The notes: a model not told the origin generated them from the letters alone. 64,000 bases of DNA from Thermodesulfobacteriota bacterium (GCA_039715015.1 JBDLIE010000016.1:1-64000); one strand, 5' to 3'; positions 50,138 through 59,990 are shown, counted from the first letter of the stretch. Made by a program: numbers and translations.

Positions 50138-51625
50138 ATGGAACTAAGTGCTCTAACAATCCATGAAGTACAGGAACTCCTGGCCCAGGGTGAAACCTCA
50201 AGTGTTGAGGTGACAACAGCGGTGTTTGACCGCATGGCGGCTGTTGAACCCAAGGTGGCAGCCTATATAACGGAAAATCGTGACCAGGCTCTGGACAAAG
50301 CCGCAGAGGCCGACGCTATGTTGAAGGCTGGTGAGGGTGGCGCTCTATGCGGTATTCCCCTTGCCATCAAGGACGCCATCTCTACCAAGGGCCTGCGCAC
50401 CACGGCCGGTTCTCGTATCTTGGAGAACTTTACGCCCCCATACAATGCCACGGTCATGGAGAAGTTGAACGAGGCAGGTGCCGTCTGTGTGGGCAAGGTG
50501 AGCATGGATGAGTTTGCCATGGGCTCCGGCAATGAAAACTGCGCCTTTGGCACACCCCATAATCCATGGAATACGGATTACATCTGCGGTGGTTCCAGCG
50601 GCGGTTCAGCGGCGGCAGTGGCTGCTGACGAATGCATGGCCTCTTTGGGTTCGGATACCGGCGGTTCCATTCGCCAGCCCGCCTCCCATTGCGGCATGGT
50701 TGGCGTGAAACCGACCTATGGCCGGGTCTCCCGTTTTGGCCTCCTGGCCTTTGCCTCTTCCCTTGATCAGATAGGGCCCATCACCAAGGATGTCACTGAC
50801 GCAGCCATTATGCTGAATGCCATCTCCGGCTATGATCCCCGCGACTCAACCTCGGCCCAGGTGGATAGCCCTGATTACACCAAGGCCCTGGTGCATGGCC
50901 TTGAAGGACTCACCGTCGGCGTACCGGAGGAGTATTTCGGCGCCGGTCTTGATCCTGAGGTGGAAGAGGTCGTTCGCCACGGCATTGAGCAGCTCAAGGC
51001 CGCCGGCGCCCAGATCAAAGAGGTCTCTCTGCCCCATACCGAGTACGGGGTGGCGGCCTATTATATTATTGCCCCGGCTGAGGCCAGCTCAAACCTGGCC
51101 CGTTATGACGGTGTTCGTTATGGCCGGCGCGATATGGATGCCGACTCCCTGGTCGACCTCTACAGGCAGAGCCGCTCCCAGGGCTTTGGCGATGAGGTCA
51201 AACGCCGTATTCTCATCGGCACCTATGCCCTTTCTTCGGGCTATTATGACGCCTACTACAAGAAGGCCTCCCAGGTGCGGACCTTGATTGTTGAAGATTA
51301 TAAACAGGCCTTTGGCCAGTGCGATGTCCTGGTGAGCCCAGTAACGCCGACCACGGCCTGGAAGGTTGGCGAGAAAGCCAGTGATCCTCTGAGCGTCTAT
51401 CTTTCCGATCTTCTCACCATCCCTGCCAATCTTGCCGGTGTGCCGGGTATGTCCGTGCCCTGCGGCTTTAGTAAGGAAGGTCTGCCCATTGGCCTCCAGC
51501 TTCAGGGGAGTCATTTCCGCGAAGAAACCCTGCTCAAGGTTGCCTATAATCTTGAAAAGCGCCTGGATGTGGCAGGTAAAAAGCCCCAAGGGCTGGTGCC
51601 GGACGATCCTTTTACCATGGATTGA
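50138..51625 (+). CDS. gatA: Asp/Glu-tRNA amidotransferase subunit A
   Basis: [27 protein letters not shown] and [14 protein letters not shown]. Confidence 0.97.
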   Translation: MELSALTIHEVQELLAQGETSSVEVTTAVFDRMAAVEPKVAAYITENRDQALDKAAEADAMLKAGEGGALCGIPLAIKDAISTKGLRTTAGSRILENFTPPYNATVMEKLNEAGAVCVGKVSMDEFAMGSGNENCAFGTPHNPWNTDYICGGSSGGSAAAVAADECMASLGSDTGGSIRQPASHCGMVGVKPTYGRVSRFGLLAFASSLDQIGPITKDVTDAAIMLNAISGYDPRDSTSAQVDSPDYTKALVHGLEGLTVGVPEEYFGAGLDPEVEEVVRHGIEQLKAAGAQIKEVSLPHTEYGVAAYYIIAPAEASSNLARYDGVRYGRRDMDADSLVDLYRQSRSQGFGDEVKRRILIGTYALSSGYYDAYYKKASQVRTLIVEDYKQAFGQCDVLVSPVTPTTAWKVGEKASDPLSVYLSDLLTIPANLAGVPGMSVPCGFSKEGLPIGLQLQGSHFREETLLKVAYNLEKRLDVAGKKPQGLVPDDPFTMD

Positions 51626-51666
51626 TAGGGAGCCTGCCCTTTCTGACGTGTACGAGTGCTAGAACC

Positions 51667-52770
51667 ATGAAACTAAATGTCAGCGATAATATAAAAGATC
51701 TTGTTCCTTACCCGCCCGGTAAGCCCTTGAAGGAGCTGGAGCGTGAGTATGGGGTCACTGATTCCATCAAAATGGCCTCCAATGAGAATTCTCTGGGGCC
51801 TTCCCCCAAGGCCATGGAAGCCATTACCGGGTGCCTGGGCAACCTGCACCGCTATCCTGACGGGAGCTGCTATTACCTGGCCCAGGCCGTGGCTGAAAAT
51901 CTTGGCGTGGCCCAAGAGGAGCTGGTCTTTGGCAACGGCTCCAACGAGGTCATTGATTTTTTGGTGCGGGCCTTTGTTTGCCCTGGCGACGAGGTTATCA
52001 CCAGCCATCCCTCCTTTCTGGTCTACCAGACCATGGTCCAGGCCCAGGACGGAGTAAATATCGTTGTCCCCCTGAAGGATATGGGCCATGATCTGGATAC
52101 CATTGCCACCAAGATCACCCCGCGTACCAAACTTATCTTTCTAGACAATCCCAACAATCCCACCGGTACCGTCTTTGATAAGGCGACCTTTGAAGGTTTC
52201 CTGGCCAAGGTGCCGGAGACAGTGATTGTCGTCCTTGATGAGGCCTATGTGGATTTTGTTGACGATGACCTGGGCCTTGATGTTCGAGAGTATCTCCATG
52301 GCAACACAGCCGTGGTCGGCCTGCGCACCTTTTCCAAGGCCTATGGTATTGCCGGTCTGCGTGTTGGTTTCGGAATCATGAATGGTGAGATCGCCTCTTA
52401 CCTGCACCGTGTTCGCCAGCCTTTCAATGTCAACGAGCTGGCCCAGGTCGGTGCCTTGGCCTGCTTAAAAGATAACGAGCATTACGAGAAGACCATGGCC
52501 ATGACCAGGGCTGGCATTGTCTGGTTGTCCTCGGAAATCAGCAAGCTGGGCTGTCACGTTTTTGCCAGCCAGACCAATTTTTTCCTGGTGGATGTCAACT
52601 GTGACTGCAAAGACCTCTATGAGCGCATGCTTCATCGTGGTGTTATTGTCAGGCCCATGGCAGCTTATGGTTATGGTTCCTATATAAGGATCACCGTGGG
52701 CACCGAGGCTGAGAACAAACGACTTGCTGGCGCCCTGGCCCAGGTTCTTGATGACATTGGCGGCAAGTAA
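51667..52770 (+). CDS. hisC: Histidinol-phosphate aminotransferase
   Basis: Y.PGK, ASNEN, GNGSNE, NPNNPTG, DEAY and RTFSKAYG.AGLRVG. Confidence 0.93.
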   Translation: MKLNVSDNIKDLVPYPPGKPLKELEREYGVTDSIKMASNENSLGPSPKAMEAITGCLGNLHRYPDGSCYYLAQAVAENLGVAQEELVFGNGSNEVIDFLVRAFVCPGDEVITSHPSFLVYQTMVQAQDGVNIVVPLKDMGHDLDTIATKITPRTKLIFLDNPNNPTGTVFDKATFEGFLAKVPETVIVVLDEAYVDFVDDDLGLDVREYLHGNTAVVGLRTFSKAYGIAGLRVGFGIMNGEIASYLHRVRQPFNVNELAQVGALACLKDNEHYEKTMAMTRAGIVWLSSEISKLGCHVFASQTNFFLVDVNCDCKDLYERMLHRGVIVRPMAAYGYGSYIRITVGTEAENKRLAGALAQVLDDIGGK

Positions 52771-52771
52771 T

Positions 52772-53434
52772 ATGGATACCATTATTACCATTGATGGTCC
52801 GTCAGGTGGCGGCAAGTCCACGGTGAGTCGGATGCTGGCCGCCAAACTCAGCTACACTTATCTTGATACCGGCGCCATGTACAGGGCCGTGGGCCTTCAA
52901 GCCCGGCAACAGGGCGTGGATTTGGCTGATGATGATCAGCTGGCGTCCATGCTGGCTGAACTTGATCTTCACCTTGAGCCTGGTGACGGCGATACCAGGG
53001 TCCTTCTGGCTGGCGACGACGTCAGCGCTGCTATTCGCACGGCAGAAATGGGTATGGTGGCCTCGGCGGTTTCGGCCTTACCTTTGGTGCGCGGCAAGCT
53101 CACCGAACTTCAGCAGAAGATTGGCGCCAAAGGCCGGGTGGTTGCCGAGGGTCGCGATATGGGAACGGTGGTTTTCCCTAAGGCCCGGCATAAGTTTTTT
53201 CTTGATGCCTCCCCGCAAGAACGGGCACGCAGAAGGGTCGAGCAACTCCATGAAAAAGGAGAGGAGGCCGTCTATGATGACATCCTGGCCCAGATCATTA
53301 AACGCGACCATGATGATTCCACCAGGGACCTGGCTCCCCTCAAACCAGCATCCGATGCTGTGCAAATTGATTCTTCACAAATGAATGCTCAGGAAGTATT
53401 GAATTTTATTCTTGATCAGCTTGCAAAAAAGTAA
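52772..53434 (+). CDS. cmk: Cytidylate kinase
   Basis: TIDGPSGGGKST, DTGAMYRA and EGRDMGTVVFP. Confidence 0.97.
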   Translation: MDTIITIDGPSGGGKSTVSRMLAAKLSYTYLDTGAMYRAVGLQARQQGVDLADDDQLASMLAELDLHLEPGDGDTRVLLAGDDVSAAIRTAEMGMVASAVSALPLVRGKLTELQQKIGAKGRVVAEGRDMGTVVFPKARHKFFLDASPQERARRRVEQLHEKGEEAVYDDILAQIIKRDHDDSTRDLAPLKPASDAVQIDSSQMNAQEVLNFILDQLAKK

Positions 53435-53536
53435 ATTTCAGCTCATCATAAATCTACACCTCCCCATAAAGAGGGAAGGTTGAATGTGGAGAGGCCTTTG
53501 TGAGGGTCTGAGGTTATCTTTGAGCGGAGATGCTTT

Positions 53537-53884
53537 ATGGGTGTTGAATCACGGATCATGAAACGGCGGCAGCTCGTTTATTACCTGAAGCTTTACGATA
53601 ATGAATCAGGTGAACTGGTAGGCAACGTGGTGGATATCACCACCCGGGGATGCAAGATTATCAGTGGTGAACCCCTGCCGGAAGAGAAAAACATGGCCCT
53701 CCGTCTTGATCTTCCCGAAGGTCTCTACTCGTTAAAGACAATTATCATGAAGGGCAAAACATTATGGTCGAGACCTGATGTTAATCCCGATTTTTACGTC
53801 ACCGGCTTTGAGGTGCCGCGGCTGGGGGCTGAGGAGCGCAAAACTGTCCGGCAGCTCATAGAGCAGACCGCCTTTAACGATTAA
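53537..53884 (+). CDS. Single-domain PilZ-like protein
   Basis: RIMKRR (RxxxR) and DITTRG (DxxxxG) motifs, WS.. and GFE. Confidence 0.8.
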   Translation: MGVESRIMKRRQLVYYLKLYDNESGELVGNVVDITTRGCKIISGEPLPEEKNMALRLDLPEGLYSLKTIIMKGKTLWSRPDVNPDFYVTGFEVPRLGAEERKTVRQLIEQTAFND

Positions 53885-53935
53885 GCAAGTCTTTGCTGGC
53901 CGCCGAAAAAAGGCAAGGAAGCACGGGCCTTGGTG

Positions 53936-54284
53936 ATGGATTCAGAAATACGGACCATGAAGCGCCGCCACCTCTTTTATTACCTGGAGGTGTTTGATGC
54001 TGATACAGGCAAGCAGGTGGCTAACCGGGTGGATATCACCACCAGGGGCTGTAAACTTGTCAGTAGAAATCCCATTCCTAAAGATAAGCAGATGACCCTC
54101 AAAATTGTCCTGCCGGATGGTTATTACCCCGGCAAAGAGCTTGTTTTTGAGGCACGCAGTGTCTGGTCTGCCAACGACATCAATCCAGATTTTTACGATA
54201 CCGGTTTTGAGGTGCCCCCGTCTGGGGCTTGAAGAGCGCAAGGTTATACGGCGGCTTATCGAACGGGTGGGCTTTAACGACTAG
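53936..54284 (+). pseudogene. Tandem PilZ-like paralogue with a +1 frameshift
   Basis: Paralogous to 53537-53884. Removing one C from the C5 run (54215-54219) restores VPRLGLEERKVIRRLIERVGFND*, matching the neighbour's VPRLGAEERKTVRQLIEQTAFND*. Confidence 0.8.
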
Positions 54285-54447
54285 AAGGCGGCTGAAAAAC
54301 TACTGCGCTGGGAAATCCTGCGTCAAAAAAGGTCTCAGGTAAGCGAGCCTGCGAGACTCCGAAATGCTCACTTACATTTGTAAGCTGCGCTTTTTCGCCC
54401 ATTTTTTCCTTGTCTTTCCGGCGCTCGCTACGTTTTTCAACAGCCTT
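54285..54447. mobile_element. MITE-like element (family C)
   Basis: Terminal inverted repeats aaggcggctgaaaaac / gtttttcaacagcctt (14 of 16 match); internal palindrome cttaca-tt-tgtaag; non-coding. Confidence 0.7.
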
Positions 54448-54477
54448 TTGGTCTGCTAATTTCTGAATTCTCTCTTC

Positions 54478-55173
54478 CTACTTCACCATATAAGGCTCTG
54501 ACCAGTCGTTATGTTCAAACTCTTCATGGTCTGGCTTGGGAGCTTTTTCCTCAAAGAGGCGCTGTTGCAGCCACTTGATGACCTTGGGCATTTCCTTTGC
54601 TATTTCCGCCAGGGCTTTGCCACGGTGACTGACACTGTTCTTCTCGGCCATGGTGGCCTCGGCAAAGGTCTTGCCGAAATCAGGATAATAAAAGACAGGA
54701 TCGTAGCCGAAACCACCTTCTCCTGTGGCTTTGGTGGTAATTTCGCCCTCGCAGCGCCCTTCATAGGTGAGGGCCGGGCCGGAAGGAACGGCAAGGGAGA
54801 TCACACATTCAAAGGCCGCTTTTCGATTGCTGACTCCATCGAGTTCATCTAGGAGTTTGCTGATATTGTCCTGGTCAGTGGCATTTTCACCGGCATAGCG
54901 GGCTGAATAGACACCGGGGCGGCCGTCAAGGGCCTCCACGGTGAGGCCGGAATCATCGGAGATGGCTGGCAGGCCAAGTACCTTGGCGGTGAAGGCCGCC
55001 TTTTTGTAGGCATTATCGTCAAAGGTTTCACCATCCTCAATAGCCTCAGGGATGGGGCCAAAGTCGTCCAGGCTTTTCAAGTCCACAGGGTAATCTTTTA
55101 AGATTTCCTGGAATTCCTTAATTTTTCCCTTATTACGGGTAGCAAGAACAATGATGATCGGTGGTGTGCTCAT
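54478..55173 (-). CDS. rdgB: XTP/dITP diphosphatase (Ham1 family)
   Basis: ATRNKGK, DDSGL, PGVYSAR, GFGYDPVF and KN..SHR. Confidence 0.95.
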   Translation of the reverse strand: MSTPPIIIVLATRNKGKIKEFQEILKDYPVDLKSLDDFGPIPEAIEDGETFDDNAYKKAAFTAKVLGLPAISDDSGLTVEALDGRPGVYSARYAGENATDQDNISKLLDELDGVSNRKAAFECVISLAVPSGPALTYEGRCEGEITTKATGEGGFGYDPVFYYPDFGKTFAEATMAEKNSVSHRGKALAEIAKEMPKVIKWLQQRLFEEKAPKPDHEEFEHNDWSEPYMVK

Positions 55174-55378
55174 GGCGCTGCTCCAAAGACAACGAGTTGG
55201 CAGTTGTTAGTTGACGGTATGCAGATTAACGGCGAACCGTAGCTATTAAAGTATTTTCGAAAATAGCAATTGTAACCGGGAAAACAAAAGAGGCAAGGGA
55301 AAGTTGCCGGAAGGGTTGGTCGAGAAAAGAGGGGACAGCGCCGTGAGATCAAAAAAAGACGGCAATTAGCGCATATTG

Positions 55379-55620
55379 AAATGTGATTACCACGAATTTT
55401 CAGCCAATTTTGTTCACCATGCGAGATGGTTGCGCAGGGCGTGATCTGGAGGAGCACCCCAAGGGCATTCGAAGTCTGCGCTTATCTCCTGCGGGGCACC
55501 CGGCCCTCCGGCGATAAAGAGGCGATCTTTTGCGCAAAGCCCCCTCTTATCGCGCACAGGGGTGAGCTCTTACAGCACTGTCTCTTGAAAAATGGCTGAA
55601 GTTAGATGGTAATCACATTT
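55379..55620. mobile_element. MITE-like repeat family A, best-preserved copy
   Basis: Perfect 14-bp TIR aaatgtgattacca / tggtaatcacattt, inner ttcagcca / tggctgaa, and a REP-like core at 55491-55519. Confidence 0.85.
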
Positions 55621-55644
55621 TACGGTTAAATGAGGCTGCTTTTT

Positions 55645-56970
55645 TTAAGCGCTCTCCGTTGTTCTGATCTTATCACCCTTCATATCGTCTTTAAAAAGAG
55701 AATAGCCCCGCTCCATGGCGCAGAAGTCACCGCACATGGTACAGGTGTCAGTGTTCTCAGGGCTGCGGCCGGTACGTACCTCTTTGGCCTTATCAGGGAA
55801 CATGAGCAGGTCGAAATGGTCGTCCCAGGCCATATCACGGCGGGCCAAGGCCACCTGTTTTTCCCGTTCGCGGCGCTGGGGATATTTGGCAATGTCGCCA
55901 ATGTGGGCTGCCAGACGGGTGGCGCGCACCCCTTCACGGACATCATTTTCATTGGGCAGGGCCAGATGTTCAGCCGGAGTGATGTAGCAGATCAGGTCAG
56001 CGCCATGGCGGGCGGAGCTGGCAGCGCCAATGGCCGAGGTGATGTGGTCATAGCCGGCGCCGCAGTCGGCGGGCAGGGGACCGAGGACATAATAAGGAGC
56101 ATTGCCGCTCATTCGTTTTTCCAGCATGATGTTGCCTTCAATTTCATCCAACGGTACATGGCCAGGGCCTTCAACCATCATCTGGCAGCCCATCTCCCTG
56201 CCCAGTTCGGCAAGTTCACAGTTAATAATCATCTCGGCCATCTGGGCCCGGTCATGGCTGTCGTGGATGGCGCCAGCCCGGATACCATTGCCAAGAGAGA
56301 GAACAGCATCATACTTCTTCATCAGGGCACAAACCCGGTCAAACTGTTCGTACAGGGGGTTTTCCTTATTGTTGTATTCCATCCAGGAGACCATAAAGGT
56401 GCCGCCCTTGGAGACCAGGCCGCCGTAGCGATAACCCTGTTTACGCAAACGTTCGATACTGAAACGGTTTATGCCGCAATGGATGGCCATAAAGGACAGG
56501 CCGTCGGCTAACTGTTGCTCAATGAGGTCAAAGAGGAATTCTGGATCAAGCAGGTTGGGGTTTTTAAAGTTGCGTGAGTAGTGGTTAAAGGCTTGATAAA
56601 GGGGAACATTACCCACCGGCAGGCTGGAGCAACCGAGAATCTCGCGGCGGATCAGGTCAAGATCGCCTCCGGTGGAAAGCTCCATGAGGGTGTCGGCCCC
56701 TTCCTCTTCGGCAATGAGGGCCTTACGTTTTTCAAGCTCAATATCGTGGATATCTGATGAGGTGCCGATGGAGGCATTTATTTTTGTGCGCAGACCCATG
56801 CCGATACCCACCGCCTTTTGCTTGGGGCGATTGGGGTTGTTGGGGATGACTACTTCACCGTAAGCCACCTTTTGGCGGATTTCCTCTGGGCTGAAGCCTT
56901 CGTCCTGACCAATTTGGGTCATGAGCGGCGTAATGTCGCCAGTCTTGGCGAGCTCTAACTGTGTTTTCAT
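55645..56970 (-). CDS. bzaF: ThiC-paralogue radical SAM enzyme, probably 5-hydroxybenzimidazole synthase BzaF
   Basis: ThiC-family motifs (TKINASIGTS, EGPGH, TPAEHL, C-terminal CTMCGDFC) with GNVPLYQ and LSLGNG variants; preceded by a cobalamin riboswitch rather than a TPP riboswitch. Confidence 0.82.
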   Translation of the reverse strand: MKTQLELAKTGDITPLMTQIGQDEGFSPEEIRQKVAYGEVVIPNNPNRPKQKAVGIGMGLRTKINASIGTSSDIHDIELEKRKALIAEEEGADTLMELSTGGDLDLIRREILGCSSLPVGNVPLYQAFNHYSRNFKNPNLLDPEFLFDLIEQQLADGLSFMAIHCGINRFSIERLRKQGYRYGGLVSKGGTFMVSWMEYNNKENPLYEQFDRVCALMKKYDAVLSLGNGIRAGAIHDSHDRAQMAEMIINCELAELGREMGCQMMVEGPGHVPLDEIEGNIMLEKRMSGNAPYYVLGPLPADCGAGYDHITSAIGAASSARHGADLICYITPAEHLALPNENDVREGVRATRLAAHIGDIAKYPQRREREKQVALARRDMAWDDHFDLLMFPDKAKEVRTGRSPENTDTCTMCGDFCAMERGYSLFKDDMKGDKIRTTESA

Positions 56971-57065
56971 TGTTGTTCTCCGTGCCGTCAACGAGACGGG
57001 TTGTGCCTGAGAGTTTTTCTGCTCTGCAGGCTGGATTATGACGATGCCTGTGGAGCAGCAGGCAT

Positions 57066-57102
57066 AAAAAAATCCGCACAGAAATAGCTTTCTGTGCGGA
57101 TT
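57066..57102 (-). terminator. Attenuator terminator of the riboswitch expression platform
   Basis: Minus strand AATCCGCACAGAAA-GCTAT-TTCTGTGCGGATT followed by a T-tract, between aptamer and gene. Confidence 0.85.
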
Positions 57103-57135
57103 GATACGGACAAATCATTCCGAATTACTTATGAA

Positions 57136-57332
57136 GCCCAGGCAGGTCTTCTGGCTTACGGATCATCCCGACCCAGCGCGCCTTCCCGTCATAAACTATG
57201 ACAGTGACATGTTGGCTGGTCAGTCCCCGCTTACAGCGTCGGCCCAACGTTACGGATTTACACCGTATTCCCTTTTCATTGCCTCTGTCGACGATTTTGA
57301 AATCAAAAGATCAAAGACAACACCTTGGCATA
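57136..57332 (-). ncRNA. Cobalamin (B12) riboswitch
   Basis: Minus strand reads AGGTG...AAAAGGGAATACGGTGTAAATCCGTAAC...GCTGTAA...TCACTG...GGGAAGG...AGCCAGAAGACCTGCC (B12 box). Confidence 0.93.
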
Positions 57333-57714
57333 TTGTTTTGTATAAGGGCTCACCATACCTTGCCTGGATGAAAAAACCAGAAAAAGTTTTAACAGCACTA
57401 AAAAGAGGTATCCTCTGCCTGGAAGGGTATGGAAGCGCAAAAAATACAAATTTTTATCCTGGTATCGGAAAAGTATAAAAATTTATGCGAAGGCCCTATC
57501 TGGTAATCATATAGGCAAAGTGAACCACAATATATGGTAGTGCCATGGGTTGTTTTTGGGCTAAAATAAGCTCTGATGGCGTGCACTAACCCGTTATAAT
57601 CCCACTAAAACTGGCAAAAATGCTTTGGTTGTGATATAAAAATTTTTACTTATTGATGTAAGATGGAAGGAATAACCGAAATTTAAGACAACTCAAACCG
57701 TAATGGGGGGAAAT

Positions 57715-58023
57715 ATGAAGTGGCGTCTAGCACTAGGGACAGCATTGTCATTGGCGATGCTCTCTACCTCAGCAATGGCTGATGACGGCGCAAACATGTT
57801 TTTGCAGAAATGTGGAGCATGTCACGTCAAGGGAGGGCAGGCGGCGCCTGTCAATCCAGCAGATAAGGCCTCAATCGTGTGGGACAAGTTTTTTAAGAGG
57901 GGTCGCCATAAGGTCGACTTCTCTGGGACAGTCAGTGTTGATGATCTGCAAGTCATCGTTCAATATTTAAAAGACCACGCGGCAGATAGCGACCAGCCTG
58001 CGGTAGCTGTCATTCCAAGGTAA
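57715..58023 (+). CDS. Periplasmic monohaem c-type cytochrome
   Basis: Sec signal peptide (AMA|DD) and a single CGACH motif. Confidence 0.88.
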   Translation: MKWRLALGTALSLAMLSTSAMADDGANMFLQKCGACHVKGGQAAPVNPADKASIVWDKFFKRGRHKVDFSGTVSVDDLQVIVQYLKDHAADSDQPAVAVIPR

Positions 58024-58038
58024 ATAGGAGGAAGAGAG

Positions 58039-59640
58039 ATGAAAAAAGTATTATTGACCGCAGGCGCTCTTATGCTGTGGACAGGTACTGTCTGCGCCGC
58101 GGATATGGTTCGCATCCCAGCTGAGGACTACAGGGCAATTATGAAAAGCCTTGAAGCCCTCCAGAACCGGGTTGTCGAGCTTGAATCTAATCAAGGAACT
58201 GTTGCGCCTGCAGCAAGACCTGCACCTACACCAGCTGCCCGGCCATCAAGGCCCATGTCAAAAAATGACAGCGCCCGTATCGACCGGCTGGCTGATGACG
58301 TTAATAACATTTATGACACCCTGGATCAGGTTGAAACCAAGACCCTGAAGGATAGGGTCAACCTCGGCGCTGAGTATCGCCTCCGTTATGACTCTTATGC
58401 CTATAAAGACTTGATGGTTGCCAGCTTTGCTACAGGTCTCCCTGTACCCGCAACAACTGATTCGACCACCGAACACGATGATGATAATTTCACCAATCGT
58501 TTCCGTATCAACATGGACGCCAATATCTCCAAGTCACTGAAGTTCCATGCCCGCCTGGCTGCTTACCATGCCTGGGGTGATCATGATCAACATGATTTGG
58601 TCAACTTTAATAACGATGGTAATGCGGTTCATACCCTGGGGGATAATGGCCTGAAGGTTGACCGTTTCTATGTCGATTGGATTCCGCAAGGTTTTCCCCT
58701 GCCTGTGGCCATTACCGTTGGTCGCCACCCATCCACCGAGGGTCCGCCAGCCGAGTTTAAGGAGAACAGGAAGCGCCAGTCCACCTATCCATCCCTTATT
58801 TTTGACGGTGAGGCAGACGGAATCGTTGCCACCTTGGGTCTTGAGCGCTACATCGGCCTTAAAAACGCCGGTCTCCGCTTTGCCTATGGTAAGTTTTATC
58901 GTTCAGATATGAATGATACTGATTTTGGCTGGCTTGATAACGAAAATACCAAGGATTCCGATATTTTCGCCACCTTCCTTGAGGGTAAGATTCCCTTTAT
59001 CAATAACAGCCTCATGGTGTTCTCCTACGCCCACATCTACGACTTGCCGGCCAACTTTGTGGACGGCACACCCGCCGATGGCATCATCCTCGGTGATGCG
59101 GATCTGTACGGGGCCCATTTCCAGGTCTCCGATCTTGCCAACTCAGGGCTTGACCTCTATGTCTCTGGCTCTATAAATGAGATGACGCCAAATGATGAGC
59201 CTGCGAACCTTGGTTCTGGCTTTAGTCTGCTGACTTTGACCCCGGGAGTGCCAGCGGCGCAGACCGATGTTGAAGGTCAGACTGGTTGGGCTGTGGTGGC
59301 TGGTTTCCGTTATACCTTGCCGATCAAGGCGCTTAATAAGCCGAAGTTTGGTTTCGAGTATAACCATGGCAGCAAGTACCATTTCACTCCCACCACTGGT
59401 GCCAACGAGCTTTATAATAAGTTCGCTGTTCGCGGTGATGCCTACGAGGTTTATTACATTCAGCCTGTGAGCAGATACCTCTTCTTCCGCACCGGTGCCA
59501 CCTATGCTGACTTTGACTTTACCGGTTCCGGCCAGCCAGTAGGTGAGCCAATGAGACTGGAGCGAATGATCAATGCAGATGGTGATGAGGTAGATACCAC
59601 CATGACTAACATCTATTTCCTGATGGATGTTCGTTTCTAA
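58039..59640 (+). CDS. DUF3373-like outer-membrane beta-barrel protein
   Basis: Signal peptide, coiled coil with Pro/Ala linker, EYRLRYD, NRFRINM, GRHPSTEGPP, EYNHGSKY, AVRGDAYE.YY and a C-terminal Phe. Confidence 0.78.
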   Translation: MKKVLLTAGALMLWTGTVCAADMVRIPAEDYRAIMKSLEALQNRVVELESNQGTVAPAARPAPTPAARPSRPMSKNDSARIDRLADDVNNIYDTLDQVETKTLKDRVNLGAEYRLRYDSYAYKDLMVASFATGLPVPATTDSTTEHDDDNFTNRFRINMDANISKSLKFHARLAAYHAWGDHDQHDLVNFNNDGNAVHTLGDNGLKVDRFYVDWIPQGFPLPVAITVGRHPSTEGPPAEFKENRKRQSTYPSLIFDGEADGIVATLGLERYIGLKNAGLRFAYGKFYRSDMNDTDFGWLDNENTKDSDIFATFLEGKIPFINNSLMVFSYAHIYDLPANFVDGTPADGIILGDADLYGAHFQVSDLANSGLDLYVSGSINEMTPNDEPANLGSGFSLLTLTPGVPAAQTDVEGQTGWAVVAGFRYTLPIKALNKPKFGFEYNHGSKYHFTPTTGANELYNKFAVRGDAYEVYYIQPVSRYLFFRTGATYADFDFTGSGQPVGEPMRLERMINADGDEVDTTMTNIYFLMDVRF

Positions 59641-59667
59641 GCAGTTCTTGTTTGTTTCGTAGCAGTC

Positions 59668-59706
59668 AAGGCCGATTCAGCGATTCGCTGAATCGGCCTT
59701 TTTTTT
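59668..59706 (+). terminator. Intrinsic terminator
   Basis: aaggccgattcagcga-t-tcgctgaatcggcctt followed by a T-tract. Confidence 0.9.
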
Positions 59707-59783
59707 ATATGCGCTGGCAGGAAATGAACCAGGACGACTTGTTTTGACGACAACCAGGCACAAGCCATTTTGGAAATACGCTG

Positions 59784-59869
59784 ATGTAGGGGCCTGGCCC
59801 TCCAGGCGATAAAAACTTGACTGCTTGCCCAGGCCAAAACCTATCGCCTGGAGGGCCAGGCCCCTGCAT
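59784..59869. repeat. REPIN-like inverted REP doublet
   Basis: atgtaggggcctggccctccaggcgata, a 30-nt spacer, then tatcgcctggagggccaggcccctgcat (27 of 28 positions inverted match). Confidence 0.88.
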
Positions 59870-59990
59870 AAAGGGGTAGCACGCTAAAGCTTGATGGTGA
59901 TAGGAGTGTGTTTGTCCAGGAGGTGCACAATATCGCAGCGAGGGAGCAGGGTGGATCAATGAGCTGCATAATTGCTTGGTGTTGATCTGT

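Noticed and set aside
55645..56970. Thiamine gene thiC with a TPP riboswitch
   Set aside because: The leader has cobalamin-riboswitch motifs and no TPP aptamer motifs.
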